Shown here: one piece after another, positions 58,171 to 64,000 of the stretch
How positions within the stretch are numbered: position 1 is the stretch's first letter
Layout of the letters: each line of letters opens with the position of its first letter
Assembly: GCA_964408285.1 (NCBI GenBank)
Contig: CAYOYV010000002.1
Coordinates: 1-64,000 of the forward strand
Origin: an uncultured Nitrososphaerota archaeon
GTDB lineage: Archaea; Thermoproteota; EX4484-205; JAAOZO01
Direction: 5' to 3'
Length of the DNA stretch: 64,000 nucleotides
Program-made: the position numbers and the translations under genes
The notes under the pieces: model-generated
Told to the model about the DNA's origin: nothing
The model's database searches: none
Seen by the model: the letters and a program-made list of their open reading frames with translations, nothing else

Positions 58171-58470
58171 GATCTAGAGGCATCACCTTGTTTGGTCTTT
58201 GCATTTAATTGTTTCCGGGTCATTTCAATATGAGTCGGTGTACTCTTTCATTGGCCGGGCGCTCTGACAGCCAATAGACCGAGACCTCTATTGTATCATC
58301 CAATCGCGCCCGTCTTGTTCGTGGGTCTGGCAGACTCCCTAGGATCGGCCGCAACGAATGGCGAGCCCGTTCCGCCTATAGTACGGATTGCCGTGTTAAC
58401 TGATGCTAGTCCTATTTGCCGGCATTGAGGAAACCTCTCACACTTAAATTCATGTCCGATAGAAATACTG

Positions 58471-59448
58471 GTGTTGGCCAAGGACCACATTGTCCGCGTA
58501 GGAATAGTCGGGTATGGTGGTATGGGAAAGCTGCATGCCGACAACGCAAGAAAGCTCGGCCTTTTTGGGATAGAAGCAATAGCTGACATATTGGCTGAGA
58601 GAAGGAAGGAAGCTAAGGCCGAATTGGGGGTAGCAACTTACGGGGACTATCGGAGAATGCTGGATTTAGAGGAAATCGAAGCGGTCTTTGTCACAACCCA
58701 ACCCAACACTCACGCCGAGATTAGCATCGAAGCGGCACGAAGAGGAAAGCACATCTTCTGTGAAAAACCTTTCACTCCCTCTCTTGTTGAGGCTAAGGAT
58801 GCCCTGAAAGTGATCAAGAAAAGAAAGGTAGTTTTCCAACTTGGGTTGGTTCTGCGATATACGGAATGCTACGGTCTCCTGAGGAGAGTCATCTCAAATG
58901 GAGAACTCGGGGACATCTTTGGTGCTCAGGCCAGATATGGAGGATATATGTTGAGTTACAAGCCCCACTTCGACAGGGGACATGACAGGGGGATGGTCAA
59001 TGGCAACACGATTCACATGATAGACATGTTACGGTTTCTATTCGGGCCGGTGAAGGAGGTGTGGGCAAGATTCGACAGAGGTTTCCCAAAGGGAACTGAA
59101 CTCGCTGGAGTGATTTCGTTCAGTCACCTGAACGGAGTCATGAGTGATCTCTACGCCTCAGGAGCGATGAGGGTTGGTTCATTCCTGTTCGTAAACGGCT
59201 CAGACGCAGATGCCGTCATTGAGAACAATACTGAATTGACCAAATTGAATAAGGAAGGATCACACAAGCTACTGCGGGCGAACGTTGGATTCCAAGAGGA
59301 ATTAGAGGCCTTTTGGAGGAATATTGTACTCGGAGAGCAGAACTTGGCTGGGCAGTCCGAAGCCTTGGAACTATCCAATCTGATGGAGTCGATATATCTG
59401 GCCGCTATCAAAAGAGCCGCGGTGCGGGTTCCTAGAGCTACCCTGTAG
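58471..59448 (+). CDS. Gfo/Idh/MocA family oxidoreductase
   Basis: GIVGYGGMG, CEKP, IHMID. Confidence 0.9.
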   Translation: MLAKDHIVRVGIVGYGGMGKLHADNARKLGLFGIEAIADILAERRKEAKAELGVATYGDYRRMLDLEEIEAVFVTTQPNTHAEISIEAARRGKHIFCEKPFTPSLVEAKDALKVIKKRKVVFQLGLVLRYTECYGLLRRVISNGELGDIFGAQARYGGYMLSYKPHFDRGHDRGMVNGNTIHMIDMLRFLFGPVKEVWARFDRGFPKGTELAGVISFSHLNGVMSDLYASGAMRVGSFLFVNGSDADAVIENNTELTKLNKEGSHKLLRANVGFQEELEAFWRNIVLGEQNLAGQSEALELSNLMESIYLAAIKRAAVRVPRATL

Positions 59449-59510
59449 ATGACTGGACGAGATCCCGCGGAAACGAATCAGGCTTATTAGAGAGCCAGAT
59501 CATAGATGCG

Positions 59511-60014
59511 ATGGGAATGAGCGAGGAGGCAAGATATCGAATCAGAGTGAGGTTCGGCACAACTGAGATAGAGGTCCAGGGAGACAAGGAGTTCGTGGAG
59601 AAGAAATACAGCGAGCTATTCGAGAAGCTTTCAACAGAAAGCCCAATGGCAAGACCGTCTGCCCCGACTAAGTTAGAGGCCCCAGTTGGAAAAACACCGT
59701 TCCCAGAGTTCATAGCGGAGAAGTCTAGGAGCGTGAACAAAGATCCAGACGATCTAACTGGCTCGCAGAAAATGATGGTAATCGCATACTATGAGTACAG
59801 GTACAGGGGAAAGGACTTCTCATACGATGATGTCGCGGCGAGCGCTTCTGAGGCAAGGCTGAGTGGTTTGACTAATCCTAGACAATACACATCCGACCTA
59901 ATCAAGAAGGGTTACCTACAGGAAGTTCAATGCCCGCAGGAAGAGAAGAAGAAATGTTTTAGGATATTGAGGAGAGGAATCCAATACGTGGAAAGCGACT
60001 TCCAGATCGAATAA
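59511..60014 (+). CDS. Hypothetical protein, possible winged-helix C-terminal domain
   Basis: 167 aa; RIRVRFGTTEIEVQG N-domain; NPRQYTSDLIKKGYL..FRILRRG wHTH-like end. Confidence 0.6.
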   Translation: MGMSEEARYRIRVRFGTTEIEVQGDKEFVEKKYSELFEKLSTESPMARPSAPTKLEAPVGKTPFPEFIAEKSRSVNKDPDDLTGSQKMMVIAYYEYRYRGKDFSYDDVAASASEARLSGLTNPRQYTSDLIKKGYLQEVQCPQEEKKKCFRILRRGIQYVESDFQIE

Positions 60015-60116
60015 GTCTGAAAATGATGGAGAGTTGAGATGACTGGCATCACGACGAGATAGATGCCTGTCGAATTTCCAGATAACATTAAAAACGGGAC
60101 CAGATATTCCTTGTTC

Positions 60117-60926
60117 ATGAAAGTGTATGTTGTGACTGATTTGGAGGGAGTTGACTGCGTCGTTCTTCCCAGGCAAGTCGGTCTCAGTGGTACAGAGGAC
60201 CCCATGTACCAAAAAGCTAAGCACCTCCTTACACAGGAGGTGAATGCGGCCGTAGAAGGAGCATTCAGCGCAGGGGCGGAACAAGTACTGGTTCTCGACG
60301 GACATGGGGCAAACTCCGCATACAATCTGGTCGTTGAGGAGCTCTCAGAGAAAGCGCACTATGTCCTCGGTTCTCCATGGGACAAATACCTGCCTCAGTT
60401 CGACAGGACGATAGATGCCGTCTTCATTGTTGGTCAGCACCCCATGGCAGGGACTAGGAATGGCGTGCTGGATCATACCATGTCTTCGGAAACTTGGGTC
60501 AACGCCTATATCAACAATGTGAAAGTGGGGGAGATAGGTTTCATAGCATATTATGCCGGATACTACGGAGTGCCTGTGGTACTTGTCACAGGGGATCATG
60601 CCGCCTGTGAGGAAGCTAAGACTTTGATAGGGCCTGAGGTGGAAGTCGCACCTGTGAAGTTCGGCCTGAGTCGCACAAGTGCGAGATGTCTATCCCCAGC
60701 AAAGGCCAGGAGCCTCATACGGGAAAAGGCAGAAGCGGCTCTGCAGAATCCAAAGTCCGTGAGGCCACTTCAGACAAGCTCTCCTGTTGAAGTAAGAATT
60801 GAGCTTCTGAACACGGCAGCAGCGAAAGGATTTCTCTCTAGGAAGTCCTCAAAACTGATTGATGAAAGAATTGTGGTCTTCACCGGGGACAGCATAGCTC
60901 AAGTATACGAATTCATGTTCGGTTGA
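60117..60926 (+). CDS. dppA: M55 family D-aminopeptidase (DppA-like)
   Basis: TDLEG, DGHG, GQH, LDHT, GEIG, VTGD; ORF track start 60063. Confidence 0.9.
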   Translation: MKVYVVTDLEGVDCVVLPRQVGLSGTEDPMYQKAKHLLTQEVNAAVEGAFSAGAEQVLVLDGHGANSAYNLVVEELSEKAHYVLGSPWDKYLPQFDRTIDAVFIVGQHPMAGTRNGVLDHTMSSETWVNAYINNVKVGEIGFIAYYAGYYGVPVVLVTGDHAACEEAKTLIGPEVEVAPVKFGLSRTSARCLSPAKARSLIREKAEAALQNPKSVRPLQTSSPVEVRIELLNTAAAKGFLSRKSSKLIDERIVVFTGDSIAQVYEFMFG

Positions 60927-61131
60927 GCCCTTAACATTTCTTGTTTATCGAGGACTGCATCGCAAAAGGACGTTACGAATGTCTCCTATGTAATCCTTCT
61001 AGTTGCTGCAAGGAGCATGACCTGAGTGCTCTTGAAGCGAATTCAGTAGTCGGTGAGTGCCTTGTGGACCCCTCACTCTAGCAATGCCAACAAAGAATAC
61101 ATAGAACCATCCAACCCCTAGTTTAGGGAGA

Positions 61132-64000
61132 ATGGTCACAGACGAACCTGGCCCGGACTCTGCCATTCTTGGGCTCCTACCCAAGCCAATGAGACATTCG
61201 CTCAAGGTCTTGGGGATCAAGGAATTGACCGAACCTCAGAGGAGAGCAATCCCTTCAATCATGAGGGGTGAAAACACGCTCTTGATAGCCCCGACCGGAA
61301 GCGGGAAAACAGAGGCTGCCATGATGCCAATACTCAGCACCATGATGGAGTCAAAGAAGGGAGGGGGGATATCATTGCTCTACATTACTCCACTGAGAGC
61401 ACTCAACAGGGACATGTTGAGGAGATTGATCAGTTGGACCAGCAGATTCAGTCTGACCGTTGAGGTAAGACATGGCGATACTCCTACCAAAGAAAGAAGG
61501 AGGCAGGCACTCAAGCCCCCGGACATCCTGATAACGACCCCGGAAACCCTGCAGGCCATCCTCCCTGGAAAGAGAATGCAGAGGAACCTGAAGCGCCTGA
61601 AATGGGTTGTCATTGATGAAGTGCATGAGATAGCCGAAAGCAAGAGGGGCAGCCAACTCTCAATTGCGCTGGAGAGACTTCAAAAGGTAGTCGGAAAGGA
61701 ATTTCAACGCATAGGCCTTTCTGCCACTGTCGGAACTCCGGAAAAAGTAGCTGAGCTTCTTGTCGGCAACGGGAGAAGAGTCAAGACAATTCATGTCCAC
61801 ACGAAAAAGGGGTATAGATACTGGATAAGGTGGCCTCAACCTTCTGAGGAGGACTTTGAACTTTCAACGACGCTATGCACCTCACCAGAGGCCGCTGCAA
61901 GGATAAGCACAATCAAGGAGCTTTCTGACCTGCATCTGTCCACCCTAATCTTCGTCAATAGTAGGCAAATCGCAGAGATGATGTCGCTCAGGCTGAATAC
62001 GATTGACCCGAGGATAGGTATTCACCATGGTTCACTTTCAAGACAGGAAAGGGAGAACATAGAAGATAGTTTCAAGAAAGGAGGTACAAAGGCCATCGTT
62101 TGCACCTCAACTCTCGAATTGGGCATAGACATTGGAACGGTTGACCTCGTCATACAGTACCTCTCGCCACGCCAAGTCGGACCCCTTATACAACGGGTAG
62201 GTCGATCCGGACATAAGCTGGGGTTGACGTCCGAAGGAGTGATAATAACGGCCTTCACGGATGATGCGATTGAGGCCATTGCAGTTGTCGAAAGGGCGGA
62301 AAAGGAATTGGTGGAACCGACTAGAATACACGAGATGGCCCTCGATGTCTTGGCTCACCAGACAGTAGGGCTTGCCCTTGACCAAGGCGGGATCAGGATT
62401 CACGATGCATTCCGGGTCATCTCGAGGGCCTATCCGTTCAGATTTCTGAAGGCCAGGAAATTCAGACAATTCCTAGATTTCCTTTCTGGCCTCTGGCTTG
62501 TCAGGATCCGCGGTGACATCATAATGCCAACCAGGAGATCGAGGCAATTCTACTTCACCAACCTATCCATGATACCAGACGAGAGGAGATACCCGGTAGT
62601 TGATCTCACATCCGACAGGGTGATAGGAATTGTGGGGGAGGAGTTCGTATCGATTAGGGCTAGGTTAGGGCTTCACTTCATCTGTAGGGGAAGAGTGTGG
62701 AACATCGAGCAAATCTCAGACGATGGTCAAATCTATGTGACTCCTATTGAGGATCCTAGAGCGGCTCTGCCCGGTTGGGATGGAGAGATACTCCCGATTC
62801 CATTCGATCTAGCCAATGAGGTGGGAGGTCTAAGACGCGAGATCGCGGATCGCCTCAAGATGGAAGAAGCGGAGAAGGTCGCGGAATACCTCAGAGAGAG
62901 GTTCCATCTGGAGAATTATGCCGCGAAGAGCATAATTCAAGAGATACAGGAGCAAACGAGATCAGGTGCCGCGATCCCAACGGACAAGACCGTCCTGATC
63001 GAAGGTTTTGACAGATATCTGATCATCAATTGCTGTCTGGGTGAGTTGGCAAATCGTGCTCTTGGATACATAATAGATCAGAGGCTTTCAGAAAGAGGTC
63101 TGATAAGGAATTGGTGGGCTGACGGATATAGGATCCTCTTGGAGCTCCCAATCGAGGTAACTGAACTGGACTTCGACCATCTCGCCAAAGGAATACTTCC
63201 ATCGAGTCCAGAAGAGGCAGAACGGGACTTCGCCTCAAGGATGGCTGCGAGATTTCCATTTGGCTATTACATGAAGTTCATTGCTGAGAGGTTTGGTGTC
63301 ATTCAGAGAGGGTTGGCGATGAGTGAGGACAGATTGCTTGATTTGTATAGAAGGTACAATAAGACTCCAATATACGACGAGACGATACGTGAGGTGCTCC
63401 AAGAGAAAGTGGACCTCGAAGCAGTCAAATGCCTGATAGAAGCGGCACAAGAGAAAAGGATTCGTGTTGTGACGCATATATCCAAAGAGAAGCCGACCCC
63501 AATATCCTATCACATATTGAACAGATTCGCTGAGCTGCCTGAGATCATTTCTCCCGAGGGCATGCAAGGGGATTCGCTGGAAAGGATCAGGAACACAATT
63601 TTGCATTCGGAGGTCGAGTTGCTCTGCATGAATTGTGGCAAGAGGTCTGAGCAAAAACACATCTGCGATCTATCTGAAAGGCCAAGTTGTTCATCCTGTG
63701 GTTCAACCCTCCTTGGGATCTTGCCAAGATACAAGAAGTACGTTGAGAGTATTGTCGAAAAAAGGCTGAAGGGAGAGCGCCTTGTGGGCGCGGAACCAAA
63801 TCTCCTTGCTGAGCTCAGAAGGAGTGCGGACATCGTTCATTCATATGGTAGGGATGGGATATTCGCATTGTCCGTCTACGGCATCGGGCCTCAGACTGCT
63901 TCCCGAATACTCTCAAGGATGCATTACAGTCAGGAAGAACTCCTGAAGGATCTGATGGAAGCGAAGCTGAAATTCATTCAAACCAGGCCATATTGGGATT
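61132..64000 (+). CDS. lhr: ATP-dependent Lhr-family DEAD/DEAH helicase with C-terminal Cys motif; stop beyond window
   Basis: Manual translation: APTGSGKT, TPLRAL, RHGDT, TTPETL, IDEVHE, SATVG, HHGSL, LELGIDIG, QRVGRSGH; CMNC..CSSC; ends ..TRPYWD at the window edge. Confidence 0.93.
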   Translation, partial: MVTDEPGPDSAILGLLPKPMRHSLKVLGIKELTEPQRRAIPSIMRGENTLLIAPTGSGKTEAAMMPILSTMMESKKGGGISLLYITPLRALNRDMLRRLISWTSRFSLTVEVRHGDTPTKERRRQALKPPDILITTPETLQAILPGKRMQRNLKRLKWVVIDEVHEIAESKRGSQLSIALERLQKVVGKEFQRIGLSATVGTPEKVAELLVGNGRRVKTIHVHTKKGYRYWIRWPQPSEEDFELSTTLCTSPEAAARISTIKELSDLHLSTLIFVNSRQIAEMMSLRLNTIDPRIGIHHGSLSRQERENIEDSFKKGGTKAIVCTSTLELGIDIGTVDLVIQYLSPRQVGPLIQRVGRSGHKLGLTSEGVIITAFTDDAIEAIAVVERAEKELVEPTRIHEMALDVLAHQTVGLALDQGGIRIHDAFRVISRAYPFRFLKARKFRQFLDFLSGLWLVRIRGDIIMPTRRSRQFYFTNLSMIPDERRYPVVDLTSDRVIGIVGEEFVSIRARLGLHFICRGRVWNIEQISDDGQIYVTPIEDPRAALPGWDGEILPIPFDLANEVGGLRREIADRLKMEEAEKVAEYLRERFHLENYAAKSIIQEIQEQTRSGAAIPTDKTVLIEGFDRYLIINCCLGELANRALGYIIDQRLSERGLIRNWWADGYRILLELPIEVTELDFDHLAKGILPSSPEEAERDFASRMAARFPFGYYMKFIAERFGVIQRGLAMSEDRLLDLYRRYNKTPIYDETIREVLQEKVDLEAVKCLIEAAQEKRIRVVTHISKEKPTPISYHILNRFAELPEIISPEGMQGDSLERIRNTILHSEVELLCMNCGKRSEQKHICDLSERPSCSSCGSTLLGILPRYKKYVESIVEKRLKGERLVGAEPNLLAELRRSADIVHSYGRDGIFALSVYGIGPQTASRILSRMHYSQEELLKDLMEAKLKFIQTRPYWD

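Noticed and set aside
58360-58423. GGCGA..CGCC, hairpin, CTGATG resembling a fluoride riboswitch
   Set aside because: Lacks the GAUG core and pseudoknot complementarity; no fluoride-related gene downstream.
60999-61085. Two short hairpins between dppA and lhr
   Set aside because: Short stems with no family resemblance; expected at this GC content.
1-64000. CRISPR arrays, tRNA/rRNA, transposases, integrases, Sec/Pyl read-through
   Set aside because: No periodic repeats, cloverleaf or T-loop motifs, or mobile-element proteins seen; no gene showed homology continuing past an in-frame TGA/TAG. Checked by eye only.

Overview
Gene-dense 64 kb of an archaeal chromosome, most consistent with a TACK/Thermoproteota lineage such as Bathyarchaeia (inferred from archaeal-type Hsp20, DUF996, DUF1614, Lhr with a C-terminal Cys motif, a tungsten AOR, and TATA boxes about 23-30 nt before start codons). 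About 55 CDS; no rRNA, tRNA, CRISPR or transposase seen. The window is dominated by carbohydrate-catabolic genes: several glycoside-hydrolase-like proteins, four Gfo/Idh/MocA dehydrogenases, two sugar isomerase/epimerase TIM barrels, a xylose-isomerase-family enzyme, a PfkB kinase and a DegT aminotransferase. It also holds transporters, serS and a long Lhr helicase. Two long CDS run off the window edges and are absent from the ORF track (<1..2138 minus; 61132..>64000 plus). The best candidate for an undescribed system is a translationally coupled three-gene operon at 27587-31541: a class I aldolase paralog lacking the Schiff-base lysine, an intact class I aldolase fused to a 16-Cys 4x[4Fe-4S] AOR small-subunit-like domain, and a tungsten aldehyde:ferredoxin oxidoreductase. 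This suggests an aldolase-AOR complex that passes the aldehyde product directly to the oxidoreductase. Other points: a second active/degenerate enzyme pair (amidohydrolases), a startless purA C-terminal remnant, and a roughly 120-nt structured intergenic element. All family calls come from motif recognition, not database searches.
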